Origin: Hormiphora californensis
Taxonomy: Eukaryota; Animalia; Ctenophora
DNA length: 64,000 nucleotides
Direction of reading: 5' to 3'
NCBI GenBank assembly: GCA_020137815.1
Contig: CM035355.1
Coordinates: 6,820,001 to 6,884,000 of the forward strand
In this document: positions 30,279-54,287 of the stretch, in pieces
How the letters are laid out: every line of letters starts with the position of its first letter
Position numbering within the stretch: the first letter of the stretch is position 1
Notes under the pieces: generated by a model
Database searches by the model: none
What the model saw: only the letters and a program-made list of their open reading frames with translations
What the model was told of the DNA's origin: nothing
Made by a program: the position numbers and the translations under genes

Positions 30279-31696
30279 TTGGCAAACGTTGCTGGCCCCC
30301 GATAGCAGCGCGGGATAAGGCAGCGCTTTTCAAAACAAACAACAGACGAGAAACGCCGCAGTTTTTTGCCAAAATCACTGGAACTGAAGCGCGCGCTGTG
30401 CAGCGCATAAAAAGGTCGGTTTTTTGTGCGCGTTACATCAATTTTTAAATAACGCCGCTTGCAAAACTTATTTTGAAAAGTTGGAATGCGCTGCAGCCCC
30501 CTCATGCGCGCACCCCCGCAACGAGGGGACTGAAGGGAATGCCGCGCGCGCGTTTGGCCTGAGCTCAGGACGGGCCCGGCTGGGGCGCCGTTACGATCTG
30601 GGTGTTTGGTGGCCTGTTTACAGGTGCGCGCTGCCAAAAAAGTTGATTCACTAAAACGGCTTTAACCGCCGAACCACTCAACCGTTTTGGCTAATTCAAA
30701 GTTTATCTGGTAGGGAATGTCAAGGCCTAACCCCAACCCAAACCCCAACCCTAACCATAACCCTACTTTAGCCCTAACCCTAAAAAACCGTTTGTCAGCA
30801 CTCACGAAACACCCAGATTTTAACGCTGGCCGCCCGGCTGGGTCGAAGATAACTTTGCGAGCGAAAAAACGGCGGTGCTTATAACTTTGGCCCCTGAAGT
30901 CCGTTTGACTTGATTCTTTCACTAGCTGTTAGATCTGACAATTATCTACCTTGCTGTTTTTGAGAGGAGTTAATTGGACTTCAGGAGGCTGAGCAATAGC
31001 CGTTCAAAGATTGGTTGTTTTCAAAAAGTGACGTCACAGGTCCCTGCAGGGACACTTTGTTTCAAATTTGAATTAAAATCTCGAAATTTTTTATTTTACC
31101 GCACTCGATTTTGCGGAGTTTGGTTCATATCTCCTGTTCCTGATAAGATAGAGACCTGAAACCGGTTGCATTTGAAAGCTGTTATCTTCCTCTTTCCAAC
31201 GCTACCAAAACGATTTCTGTACCTTATCTGGAACCGGAGATATGATTGATTATGTATTCCCCCCCAGCGCGGTATTCCCTCCAGGCCCCTTATATTATAT
31301 TATAAGGGGCCTGCAACGTATGCCAATTTGAAAAGCGCTACCAGCGTTGAAAAGCGCTGCCTTATCCCGCGCTATCGGGGGCCGGCAACGTTTGCCAACT
31401 ACCAGCGTTAAAATCTGGGTGTTTTGGGAGTGCTGACAAACGGTTTTTAGGGTTAGGGCTAAAGTAGGGTTAGGGTTAGGGTTGGGGTTTGGGTTGGGGT
31501 TAGGCCTTGACATTTTGTGATGATGATGATGATTCCCTACCAGATAAACTTGAACTAGCCAAAACGGTTGAGTGGTTTGGCGGTTAGAGCCATTTCAGTG
31601 AATCAACTTTTTTGGCAGTGCGCAGCTGTAAACAGGCCACCAAACACCCAGATCGTAACGGCGCCCTACCTCATCGGGGCCAGCGGCGTTTGCCAA
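30279..31696. mobile_element. ~1.4-kb foldback element with long inverted arms containing degenerate (TTAGGG)n
   Basis: 30583-30829 is inverted at 31402-31666. 30279-30333 is inverted at 31348-31398 and partially at 31673-31696. The arms contain CCTAACC/GGTTAGG arrays. Confidence 0.75.
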
Positions 31697-31761
31697 GCAA
31701 AACTTTAAAAACGTTGGCCCGGTTTTTCGACTTGCGTTTTCGTAAAACAAAAAGGTCCCAC

Positions 31762-31810
31762 AAAATGGACTTCATTAACCCACAGCATGTGGGTTAATGA
31801 AGTCCATTTT
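31762..31810. repeat. Perfect 23-bp-stem palindrome upstream of the C6orf120 homolog
   Basis: AAAATGGACTTCATTAACCCACA-GCA-TGTGGGTTAATGAAGTCCATTTT. Confidence 0.85.
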
Positions 31811-31930
31811 TAGGTACCTTCCGAACCCTATGAGTGACAGCGTGACCAGTTTCGGCCGATCATCAGCACAGAAGATTGGTCAAAACTGGTCACGATGTGA
31901 ACATCTCCATTAACTTCGTTTTTAGCCTCC

Positions 31931-32770
31931 ATGTCATGGATAGCCAGATTAATTTTCTTGCTCCTAAATGCAATACTTGTTCAGCCGAAACTGCTTGGGT
32001 GAGTTGGGAGTGAGAAGTGATAACATAATCAATTTGTAGATATTCTGAAAATGATTAATCATGAAATGAACTTTTGGATAAGTTACACCATCTCCACAGG
32101 AGCACTCTTGAGCCATTCAAGTATTACTATTACACTGTCCGAGGGGAGGCTAAGGGACCAATTTCTGTTACCTTGACGACAATCGCCGGAGATGCAGATT
32201 TGTATATCGGTGACAATAAACCAACATATGAACAGTGAGCACTTTTGTATTCCTCTACCCTGTGATTTTGAAATTGTGCACACATATAAATTGAATTATT
32301 AATAACCTCCCTGCCCGCCTCCAGTTACGACATTCAATCGTGTACGACGGGTGTTGAGTTTGTAGAATTACCCCCTGAGTATCAGACACCCTTTACCGTT
32401 GGGATCTTCGCCGCCAAGCCCTACATGAACACATCATTTGTACTCGAGATTTCAGCAGGTTAATATAATTTAGTAATTCGTTGTTTTCTTTAGTTGTTTA
32501 GCAGGTATAGACTATAAACTACTAGGTTACATTACAATCGATCAATTTCAAGATTAAATTTTCATTCTCTATGAAAATATTTTTCAAACATGTGGGAATT
32601 CTACAATTTTTATCTCCTGTCCCCAATATATCCCTCTTCTCTCCATAGATAACGATGCAAATCCACGATCATCTACACATCGACAGAAAGGGAGCTCATC
32701 AACAAGTGAATCTATTACTCTCAGCGATGTTGCTACCTTTATTCTGACAGTTCTTGAAGTTCTTTTATAA
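31931..32770 (+). CDS. C6orf120: UPF0669 protein C6orf120 homolog (4 exons)
   Basis: Exons 31931-31998, 32100-32234, 32325-32458, 32649-32770. Signal peptide, then GDADLYI, YDIQSCTTG, PFTVGIF and a C-terminal FILTVLEVLL*, matching the C6orf120 pattern (GDADLYV...YELQSATCG...LVLEILF). Confidence 0.82.
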
Positions 32771-33251
32771 AGTGGGGGGAGAGATAGTTTCCTCTGTTTT
32801 TAGTTGTTAAGCTGGGCTCTAATCGTTCTTTTTAAATCTTGACAGCTGTTTGTATCATGATGTATGAGTGCAATTTTGTACAAAGTGTTTGTGTTTGCTT
32901 GTTCAGTTTTAATAAATATAATATGATGTTTTTGCTAAAAATTCAGTGGAAGAATTATTAGTAGTTTTCTTTGGAGATCAATCATTAAATCCATATCTCT
33001 TTCTCCGATCCCCCTCTCTCCCATTAAAATTCTTCAAATCGTGATTTCTTTATTTAAGTCACTCTTTATTATTATCCCTTTAATAGACTACCTATTCGCT
33101 ACCTCCCTTCCCCTGCCTCTCTTCGTGCGTCACTCTCTATTCTTTAACCGCTTACCCCGTAAAATTCTTGTACTGTAATATTATTTTATGTCCCCCTCCC
33201 AACCTAACCACATCCATCCTTTCCCGTGTAGTTGTGAGTCACCATGAAATA

Positions 33252-34871
33252 ATGAAATCCACCAGAAAGCGATCTCGACACGCTCACTCCTCGCCCGAGC
33301 CCCTGACCCCCGAGACCCCCAAACGAAAGAGCAAGGTAGCGGATGCGCTTGACAAGATTTCCTGTACACGGGACAGTATCATGATTGGCAAACGGAAACG
33401 CAGCTCCTCCACCACCGAGAATGATATCCAGAAGTGGGTCGAGGAATTCCGGTTATTTTCCAGTGCGGACAAACTCCGGGCCATTGACATGATGAGTGAT
33501 TGTTGTGATACAAACCAGGCCAGGCACATCATTAAGAGGATAGAACCGAGGTTTCAGTGTGACTTTATAACCCGCCTACCTAAGGAGCTGGCCATTACAA
33601 TCCTACAGTTCCTGGAGCCACGTGACCTGATCAACGCTATGAGCACGTGTAAAACATGGAAGGTCCTATGTGATGATCCCCTTCTGTGGAGGGATAAATG
33701 CCGGGCACTCCCTGAAATACCCTCCCATCTGTACGAGAGTAAACAGCTCGATTGGAAGCGGCTATTTCTCCTGGGACAGGAGCTGGATGAGAATTGGAGG
33801 ACGGGAAAGAACTTCGTAAGGAAGGAGCTAAAAGGGCATGATGACCATGTTATAACCTGCCTCCAATTCCACGGTGATAGGATTGTCAGTGGTTCCGATG
33901 ACAGCACGTTGAAGGTTTGGAGTGTGGAACAGGGAGAGTGCCTCCTGACCCTAACAGGTCATACCGGGGGTGTATGGTGCAGTCAGTTAGTGGGTGATAT
34001 TGTGTGCAGTGGCAGTACAGACCGGACCATCAAGGTGTGGAATATAGAGAGCGGAGAGTGCCTCCATACCTTATATGGTCATTCCTCAACAGTCCGTTGC
34101 CTAGCGATGCACGAAACTACCGTTGTTAGCGGGTCACGTGATGCCACGTTACGTGTTTGGAATGTTCTGACGGGCGAGTGTAAACACCTTCTGATTGGGC
34201 ACATGGCCGCTGTGAGGTGTGTACAGTTTGACGGGAAACGGGTCGTCAGTGGGGCATACGATTGTCAAGTGAAGGTATGGGATCCCACAACAGAGACCTG
34301 TCTGTACTCCCTCACAGGTCATACTAACCGGGTCTACTCGCTCCAGTTTGATGGACGGTACGTTGTCAGTGGATCTCTGGACACTACAATCCGGGTCTGG
34401 GACACACAGGACGGTAGTTGTGTGCACGTGCTAAGCGGCCACCGATCTCTTACCAGCGGGATGGAGCTTTGTGAAAACATCCTGGTATCAGGTAACGCGG
34501 ACAGCTATGTCAAGATCTGGGACATCAGAACGGGGACGTGCCTCCAGACCCTAGATGGGCCCTCTAAACATCTCAGTGCGGTGACGTGTCTGTTGTTCAA
34601 TAAGAAATACGTGATGACGTCATCAGATGACGGGACTGTTAAATTGTGGGACATTAAAACGGGCGAGTTTATCAGGAATCTTGTGGGGCTGGAGAGCAGT
34701 GGGAGGGGCGGTGTAGTCTGGAGGATCCAGTTGGATAAGAAACGGTTGGTGTGTGCCGTGGGCAGTAGGAATGGGACTGAGGAAACGAAACTCATTGTCT
34801 TTGATTTTAGTGTTGGTGCAGGTAAGGAGGAGGATTCAGTGACCAAAGAACTGACTTATTGTGACGAGTGA
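33252..34871 (+). CDS. FBXW7: F-box/WD40 repeat protein 7 (archipelago/SEL-10), single coding exon
   Basis: Dimerisation segment and F-box (DFITRLPKELAITILQFLEPRDL), then WD40 repeats with the FBXW7 signatures LKGHDDHVITCLQF and GGVVWRI...LVCAVGSRNGTEETKL. ATG 33252 follows an acceptor-like AG. Confidence 0.95.
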   Translation: MKSTRKRSRHAHSSPEPLTPETPKRKSKVADALDKISCTRDSIMIGKRKRSSSTTENDIQKWVEEFRLFSSADKLRAIDMMSDCCDTNQARHIIKRIEPRFQCDFITRLPKELAITILQFLEPRDLINAMSTCKTWKVLCDDPLLWRDKCRALPEIPSHLYESKQLDWKRLFLLGQELDENWRTGKNFVRKELKGHDDHVITCLQFHGDRIVSGSDDSTLKVWSVEQGECLLTLTGHTGGVWCSQLVGDIVCSGSTDRTIKVWNIESGECLHTLYGHSSTVRCLAMHETTVVSGSRDATLRVWNVLTGECKHLLIGHMAAVRCVQFDGKRVVSGAYDCQVKVWDPTTETCLYSLTGHTNRVYSLQFDGRYVVSGSLDTTIRVWDTQDGSCVHVLSGHRSLTSGMELCENILVSGNADSYVKIWDIRTGTCLQTLDGPSKHLSAVTCLLFNKKYVMTSSDDGTVKLWDIKTGEFIRNLVGLESSGRGGVVWRIQLDKKRLVCAVGSRNGTEETKLIVFDFSVGAGKEEDSVTKELTYCDE

Positions 34872-35700
34872 GAGAAAGAGAGAGAGAGTTATAGAATGTG
34901 AGAGAGAAAAGAGTATAATGTGTGTTTTTTGTGCTGAACCACCCTGATTTTTCAGTGCTACACACAATTTGTAAAGAGCATTCTGAAATGTTTCTTAAAC
35001 CCATACACACCTGTTTATTTAGTCACGTATAGCAAGCGTGAGTTGTAAGAAACTATAATGTGGCAGTTTTTGTTGTGTTTTTTTCTTCAAAAAAAAGAAA
35101 GTTTTTTGGACCAGTTCTGTTTTTTGACACCCTTTGATATTATACTATGATGTACTTTGGCTTGATAGAGTTCGGTATTGGGAGAGTAGTAGCAAGAAAT
35201 TATACAGATATATATCTCGAGACTAAGGAATTTAATATTGTGCGTGTACTTGGAGTGAGATAGGAAGAACTATGTAGTGAAAAAGTTCAGTTTTTAGCAA
35301 ATTAAACCCTTTTTCGTGGAGAAATGTAAACATGTGTGTGAGACACAAATGATAGATCATGGAGAAAGGGAGAAATTTCTGTGATGTGTGATTCTTTGTG
35401 TGGATGTGTGAGTGTAGTAGTAGGCTGTTGTAGAGTACATATATTGTGTGCACGAGAAAGAGAGTGAGAGAGAGATAGTGAGAGAGAGAGAGATAGAGAG
35501 AGAGAGAGATAAAGAGAGAGAGAAAAAGAGCTAGAGATAGTTTTTTAGAGTAAGAACTAGGATAATATGAAGTGCAAGTGAGCGAGTAGGTAGTATATAT
35601 TATATATGATGTACTGAAGGGAGCGAATCTCTGCAATCCCAGTGTAATTGATGCAATGGTTTATGTTTTCCGTCGAAATATCTTGTGTTTTATCTCTCTC

Positions 35701-35761
<61 letters not shown>

Positions 35762-37084
35762 CGCGACCTTATTCCCTATTTTCTTCCCGATTCAAAGTGT
35801 TAATTTTCAGTCACACAAGCTCATTTCTGTCACCTACCAGCATAGTGTGGTTCACATTCCTTTTTCTCTCTATCTCTTTCTCTTTCTAATAAGCTGGAGA
35901 AACAATAAAGATGGTGGAGGCTCCAGCTATCTTTCTAATTTCAGCAGCACTTTAATAATCCCCGTCATCTCCCCCATCCCAAAGACATGTATTTCACTTT
36001 AAATTCCTATAGAATCATGGAATCGATGTCGGGTTGTTGGGAGAGTAATGGAATACCACCTACATCTTCTTCAGAACAGGTCACATCACATCAGGTCACA
36101 TTTGATCAGGTCACCTCAGATCATGTCACATGATCTGATGACTGTTCAGGTCACAAACTTTTCATCCAATCTCCTAAAATCATCTGAAAAACCACTCACT
36201 TTTGAACACGCCCATACAGGCTCAAGCAGTACATCCAGAGAACGAAGTAGAGCACCTTCTCACGATTTTGGCTAGAGTCCTCAAGATAGGAAATAATATT
36301 GCCCTACTGGAGAAGAACTCTTGAAGGGATGGAGAGTTGAAAATATAATATTAGTTAGAGACGGGGAAGTTTTATTTAAAGACAATGTTCACATATTAGA
36401 ATGTTATGGTCATTTTTATTCATTTCATTTTTGTCTTGATCACCTCTCCCCTGCAAATCTCAAGCTAAAATCTTCTGAAATTGTCTCATTCATAACCAGG
36501 AAACCAGTTTGCAAAATACGATTTTGTCTTTATATATGGTAAAATGCTGCCTGGAGCACTAACCATGATACACTGTACGAATTTGAAGAGCAGGTCAGTT
36601 AGTGGAAGTGACCGCACCAATAAGTTGGGAGATGATAGAGAGAGAGGGGAAGAGAGAAAGATAGAGAGAGATAGATAAAGATAGAGAGAGAAAGAGAGGG
36701 GAGAGAGATGATAATTGGTCTCACTTCCTGTGTGTGAGATTTTCCCAATGCACAAGGTGTACTGTTTTTACGAAATTGTGATCCATTGTCTACATTGTAT
36801 GTAGTTGTTATCTAACCGTTTTGTATTCTCATTCCTTTTAGATCTCCCATTCGCCATTCGGTAACGCAGTCACCCCTATAACACTACCAGCCGCACGCAG
36901 CAAACGAAGAGATGGCATCACCAGTTTTCACATTCGATTCCTCCATAATGTCGCCTGAGACTACTCTCCTTTTACACGTCTCCCTTTTCATTGTCTTCAT
37001 CACACACATGCAGATCTGTACACACACAAGCATTGGCTATCGTCTTTCCTTTTTTTCTGGCCACTCTCTCTCTCCCTCTCTCTA

Positions 37085-37126
<42 letters not shown>

Positions 37127-37177
37127 CCTCTGGCCCCATCCCCTATAATACATCCCTCCCTCTCTCAGTACTATGTA

Positions 37178-41677
<4,500 letters not shown>

Positions 41678-42145
41678 TGAGAGCTGGAACGCTCAGGGGA
41701 TGATGAATATGTCGATGAAAGATAGCATGGATAGGGGAGAGAAATCTTAATCAGATGTATCGCTGGTCGCAATAGGGAATTGAGAGAGAAAGAGACGTTG
41801 TGATGTATTGTTGAGAACATGATATACATTGTATCTTGTCCATTAAGTAGATGTTACCCTGTGAATTCCCCAATAGGATATCTCCCACCACCATTAAATT
41901 TCTCTTGAAGAGTTCTGTAGAGCCGGCAAAATAAAGCATTGTTTCTTTAACTGTTAAAGTTTCAACGGAATAATGCATTGTGTGTAAAGTGTGAATCTAT
42001 ATTTTTTGATTTTGTGCTAAAATAATTTGTTGTGTTCACAAAATAACGTGTTTGATGACGTAATTCAACTGAAAGTCCCGAGATTGGTTCTTGAGGGGTG
42101 TCCTACTCAACAAGATAATGGGCAGCGAACATTCGGACATTGCGT

Positions 42146-42213
42146 CTGTCAGAGCATTGGCCTGACCCTATTCTCAGCGCGCGAGAACTGTGGTCAGAGC
42201 ATTGGCCTGACAG
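42146..42213 (+). mobile_element. 68-bp hAT-type mini-element with 8-bp TSD
   Basis: CTGTCAG...CTGACAG termini flanked by the direct repeat CATTGCGT. Related copies at 45379-45438, ~46365-46422, ~50104-50169 and ~62339-62409. Confidence 0.85.
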
Positions 42214-42710
42214 CATTGCGTTGTATCTGTACATGAACCAAACTGACCCCACCTGACTGCACGGGAAATCAAAACGGCCGGGTTTGATAAGAATCATCTC
42301 TGTACTATAAAAAAGAGTCAAAACCGATCTTCCAACTTGGCGAAGAATCTTGTAACGGCAACAAGTAAGCAAATGGCAGCGGATATTGGAGCACGGTGCA
42401 GGGTGCTCAACTAGTACTGAGTGGATGTAGCGCCCAGTGAGCAGGTATCGGCGTCCATTTCCCGGTCCCCCTTTCAGTTTCCTGAATGTCTGGCGGTGCC
42501 GATCTGATTGCACTGTTTTGAGAATCAAAACGGGGTCTGGTGACCCCAGATAGTCTACCGCTACATGTATATAGAGACCAGAGTCTCCAACTCATTTCCA
42601 TTGCCTCACGAGACCACTTCCTCTGATTACTTGTTTCCCAACTTACAAAAAAGTTAAGTACTCTGTGGGAACTGCATAGTTGAACTTGAGATAGTCCGAC
42701 TATCTGAGTA

Positions 42711-42771
42711 TCTGAGTTCTGGGAGATGGCGTACCGACTATTAGTCGGCACGCCATCTCCCAGAACTCAGA
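42711..42771. repeat. Near-perfect ~60-bp palindrome upstream of actin
   Basis: TCTGAGTTCTGGGAGATGGCGTACCGACTA / TAGTCGGCACGCCATCTCCCAGAACTCAGA. Confidence 0.85.
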
Positions 42772-43154
42772 ATCTCTTCCAAATCCATTCCACATTTAGA
42801 TGGGGTTCATTTGAAAGATGCCACTCACCAAACCAAATATTTTCATCTCTACAGGAACCCTAATTGGCTGTCTTGGCCTAAACAGGGCCCATTGAGGTCC
42901 GTAGATGTGCATGGGTGGATTCACTCTTGTCAGCGCCCTCAAACAAAACCGAGAAACGCGCGCGAGTTCTGACAACGGGAGACCGAGAGGAAATAACTTT
43001 GCGCGGGAGTGACACGCAAGACCAAATATGGTAATGTCGCGCGACAATCCCTGGGATTGACACACCCGAAGTTCACCGCGGCATCTCCCTCAGCCTCATT
43101 TCTGAACACATCAACTCCATTTTGTTACTGCTTTTGAAGATAAACAACTAAATC

Positions 43155-44501
<1,347 letters not shown>

Positions 44502-44826
44502 AAACTGTGTACCATGTGTGTTACTGTTAGGACTGTTTTTTCACCATGTGAATCGTTTGTATTCCCTTTTTTTTGTTGAGCTAACAGAAACACAGAATCT
44601 GTTACAAATACCCAATTAAATTGTGTTGAAATCACCAGTACAGAACACAAAATCATGTTTCGAAATAAAAAGCTGTTTCGAAATCGAACGGTCGAAACAG
44701 GCCTGAAATGAATCACCGACACATACACACATCTTAGTTGTAAACCCTGAATTGAACTTGAAACGGCAAAAAACGGAAGAAATGATATGAAGAGAATGTC
44801 TTGAAATGTCCCCTACTGTCTCTGTA

Positions 44827-50236
<5,410 letters not shown>

Positions 50237-50611
50237 GGTGAACTTGCTAGATTTCAGAAGAAAGAGGAGTTATAACGGAGCTGTTTGGATTGGGCAGCCT
50301 TACTTCACTGCCCGGCGGACAAGGGATTCAGAATTCAGTAAAACATATCTTTTGAGCCCACCGAGCGGGGTGCCGTGGGCCCTGAGGCTGAACGATCGAA
50401 CGTCGACTGTTGGGAATGTAAATAGAAGGATGTATCCTTGCTATAACTCTGCCTATTTTTTTTTTTTTTTTTTGGGTCACTTAGCCACACGCTGAGCAAA
50501 CCTCATACCACCCGGGTATGGGTAACTATGGCGCTAAGCTCCCCCCTTTCTCGATTTTGATGAAATGGGGGGAACCTATGGCATCAGTCATAAAGTCTGT
50601 CGAGTTGGGAT

Positions 50612-50842
50612 TGTTCTGGAACAAGGTAACGTTTTGCCTTTGAGAGAGTATTGGGTTTGGTTTAGTCTGGAACAAGGTAACATTTTGCCTTTGAGAGTGT
50701 CTTGAGCCCAGTTTGTTCTGGAACAAGGTAACGTTTTGCCTTTGAGGGTGTCTTGAGTTTAGTTTGGTCTGGAACAAGGTAACATTTTGCCTCTGCGTGT
50801 AACTTGGAGTTGGTCTGGATCGAGGTAACGTTTTGCCTTTGC
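50612..50842. repeat. 51-bp tandem repeat, ~4.5 units
   Basis: CTGGAACAAGGTAACRTTTTGCCT recurs with a 51-bp period. Confidence 0.88.
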
Positions 50843-52850
50843 GAGTGGGTCTGTTGGTGGCGCTATAGCTAGCTAAAAAACAGTAAATAAAAATATAAAT
50901 CAAATCTCTCAATCGCCACATCCACTTTTCAAACCCAATGCTACATAATATCATTTAAAATGTGAACACAATAGATGGACAGACAATACGGACAGATTGA
51001 ACTTACAGCATTTTGATGCATGATTGATACCGTGACTTCTTGATGATGAGTATTGAGATGTGAAGTGTGTCCACTGTCCATTTCCAGTAGAGACAAAGAT
51101 AAACGAAAACGATCAAACACAAATAAGGGGTAGGACAGATTGTAGAGCTAATGGAATGTAAGATGTTCTAGAAGATAAGTCGGGTGGGCCAGATAAGAAC
51201 ATTTGTTAATTGTTACACGCAATAAGCGACTTAGTGCACCAAAACACAAGGATTGTCTCTGTAGTGGCGTGTTTCACGAAGTCCTCTAAATTGGGAAGGG
51301 CCAGGGTGGGGGAGGTGGGTGGGGTGGAGGGGTGGGTGGTGGCTAGTACAAGAAAACGAGCATGTATTGAGTGCGTTAGAGATCAGATATTAGAGGTACT
51401 GTGTTGAAAGATACAGGGAAGGAGCACTATTTGACAGAATGACTGAACCAAACTAGGCGATACGGTTGTAAAGTGATAGATTTAGGATTAAAGAGAGACT
51501 TAGACGGGTGTATGTCAGTGTAACAGAGCATTCAAAATGAAACAAATATGAAACTGCAAATGTATGAACTGATCAACTCTGCCTATAGAACTTCACTGAA
51601 CAATCATGTGCACAGTGCAGTAAACCCCAGGCCATACAGCAACATAACATGAGGACTATTAAATGGATTTGAATCACGGTATTCCACGAACATCTGGTCC
51701 ATTTCACTTTCTCGTGCAAGTGTGATCGATTCCTTTATTTAAAGTCCGTGATAGTGAACGATGGTGGTGATAGGTGAGTTATCTAATTAGCAGATCCGGT
51801 TACAGAAAGGAGGATTGAGGATGATGATCTGGTAGAGAAAAATATTTATAGAAAGAAAAGTGATCTGAGAGAGTTATGCATTAATATGTAGGACGCAGGA
51901 GTTAACAAGAAAAGAATGAGATGTCGTTGTGGAAGAACACAGACGCACAAAACATCTGCCAAATAATTTTTCTACGCCTTTTCTACAAATTCCTGGCTTT
52001 ACTAAAGCGTAAAAAGGAAATGAGAAAACTAAGGAGGACCATGATATTGCATGTACTACAGAGCACAGTTACAATATCGCTACTGAAGGGACCCGGAAGG
52101 AGTGAAATGCAGATAAGAAGTCGTATAGCAAGGGCTATACGAATGAAAAATGTGCACTCACGAGTTTAAATACAGTGAGCTTCCGGTTACATTTTAAGGA
52201 GGGGGAATAAGGGAGATAACATAAAAACAAATTTGTTTCAAGAGATAAAAAATCACAGTAAACTAATCAATTAAATTACAGAAACAAGCTGTGGAAGATG
52301 TTATTTTATCTTCCAATTAATCAAGTATGACAGTGCTGCTTGTAGTCGTATTACCGTAATATGAAACCCGATAGCCGATTTATCAGTCGTTTGAAGATTT
52401 TGCGCGCTCATGATAACTGCTAGCTGGGGGATTTAACACCCTGCTCGCGATTTATCAGGCCAGTGTCCTTTTTCACGCGTTTCTCTTCATTTGAATAACA
52501 TGCGTGTAAAATTCTAAGTATTGAAAATGTGTGTAAACACACAGTTCTGTCAACAAAAGAAAGGGGAAACATGTCTGCAACACGTTTCAATGTTATCTCT
52601 CTCATAAGGAGTGAAAAGAATCACATTCCATTCATTTCTCTCTCTCATTGTCTCTTTTACTGTTCACTACCTCTGACAGTGTGTATTGCCCCTAATCTTT
52701 CTCTCTCTTTCTCAAACATGTTAGGAACAATAGACACTAAGTCTACACACATTTTCAGGGTGTCTGTTGACTATTTGCCAGGAGTTCTAGTGTGTTTCAC
52801 CTTGTGTTGTGTCTCTTATTTGTGTGTAATTACTATCGGGTTTCATAAAA

Positions 52851-53043
52851 TATGAACGTTTGTTAGCCTATCGCGTTATAGGTTTAAATCACCTCCCCCT
52901 CACCCTCGGCTGGCGCCTCGGGATCGGCGTCGGGATTTAAACCAGTTTAATCGCCCTGCCGGGCGATTAAACTCCAGTTGGCTGTCCCCAGCTCGCGCTG
53001 GGAACAGCCAACTTCATAACGCGCCAGTCTACAAACGTTCATA
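52851..53043. mobile_element. ~190-bp element with short TIRs and three internal hairpins
   Basis: TATGAACGTTTGT...ACAAACGTTCATA termini. Internal stems GGTTTAAATC/GATTTAAACC, GTTTAATCGCCC/GGGCGATTAAAC and AGTTGGCTGT/ACAGCCAACT. Confidence 0.7.
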
Positions 53044-53204
53044 CTTCATGTAAATACAGTAAGGAGACGCGCACGTTGCATAACACGCCACAAAAAGTGC
53101 ATGTGTTCAGCACGTACTAGCGCCCTGATTGGCCACGTTTGCGTGTCGTCTAACTGTATCTCAGTTTTCCATTACCGTTTTCCCACTACAAGCGACCGTG
53201 TATC

Positions 53205-54110
53205 AATATCTTTTGTCGCATGTCTTTTCATGGTCATTTTAAGAACAAGAAATACCACAGATCGAGAATATAGATGATCGATCCTGGATAGACAGAAGGA
53301 GGAGAGGGAGGTAAACTATTCGATTTTTACCTTCCATTTGTGTTGGTGACATTGACACCTGAGCGACCGAGATCGATCTCACGCGGAGCGAGAATAGGTT
53401 GCTATGGATCCAACCATTTGTGGCATAAGGAACATATATCATTCGTCGCATGCTTTTTAAACTTCGTGGTCGTTTTAACTTGAAATTTAAGAACAAGAAA
53501 TACCGCATGGAGAATAATGATCGATCCTGGATAGAGAGGAAGGAGGGAAGGGAGGTAAACTATTCGATTTATATTTTTCACCTGCCATCTGTGGCATAAG
53601 GAACATATATCATTCGTCGCATGCTTTTTAAACTTCGTGGTCGTTTTAAGAACAAGAAATACCGCAGGGAGAATAATGATCGATCCTGGATAGAGAGCAA
53701 GGAGAGAAGGGAGGTAAACTATTCGATTTATATTTTTTACCTGCCATTTGTGTTGGTGACATTGACACCTGAGCGACCGAGATCGATCTCACGAGGAGCG
53801 AGAATAGGTTGCTATGGATCCAACCATTTGTGGTATATGACACATATCATTCGTCGCATGCTTTTTAAAGTTTGTGGTCGTTTTAAGAACAAGAAATACC
53901 GCAGGGAGAATAATGATCGATCCTGGATAGAGAGGAAGGAGAGAAGGGAGGTAAACTATTCGATTTATATTTTTCACCTGCCATCTGTGGCATAAGGAAC
54001 ATATATCATTCGTCGCATGCTTTTTAAAGTTTGTGGTCATTTTAACTTGAAATTTAAGATCAAGAAATACCGCAGGGAGAATAATGATCGATTCTGGATA
54101 GAGGGAGAAG
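53205..54110. repeat. Complex tandem repeat with alternating ~230-bp and ~165-bp units
   Basis: GTCGCATG...AAGAACAAGAAATACC...GATCGATCCTGGATAG recurs at ~53215, 53445, 53615, 53853 and 54012. Confidence 0.88.
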
Positions 54111-54287
54111 AGTCTCTATATTTTTAACCGGTCGTATATTATGTGGCTTGTTCTTGTGCAGTCGCTGATTCCGATCCTGATATAGTTTAAAACTATTACT
54201 AATATTATTAGTTTTATCATTTTAAATATTAGCAAGATATTATTACAAAGCATGATTTACAATTACACCCTCATCTTTTAAGATTTT

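Noticed and set aside
30720-31505. True telomere or chromosome-fusion site
   Set aside because: The arrays are short, degenerate and embedded in longer inverted arms. Their orientation is opposite to a head-to-head fusion.
35550-36620. Possible small minus-strand gene between FBXW7 and WDFY
   Set aside because: A few splice-like sites exist, but I could not assemble a consistent ORF or recognise homology.
51640-52170. Exon-like AG/GT segments on the plus strand
   Set aside because: Frames contain stops and show no recognisable homology, so a gene cannot be supported.
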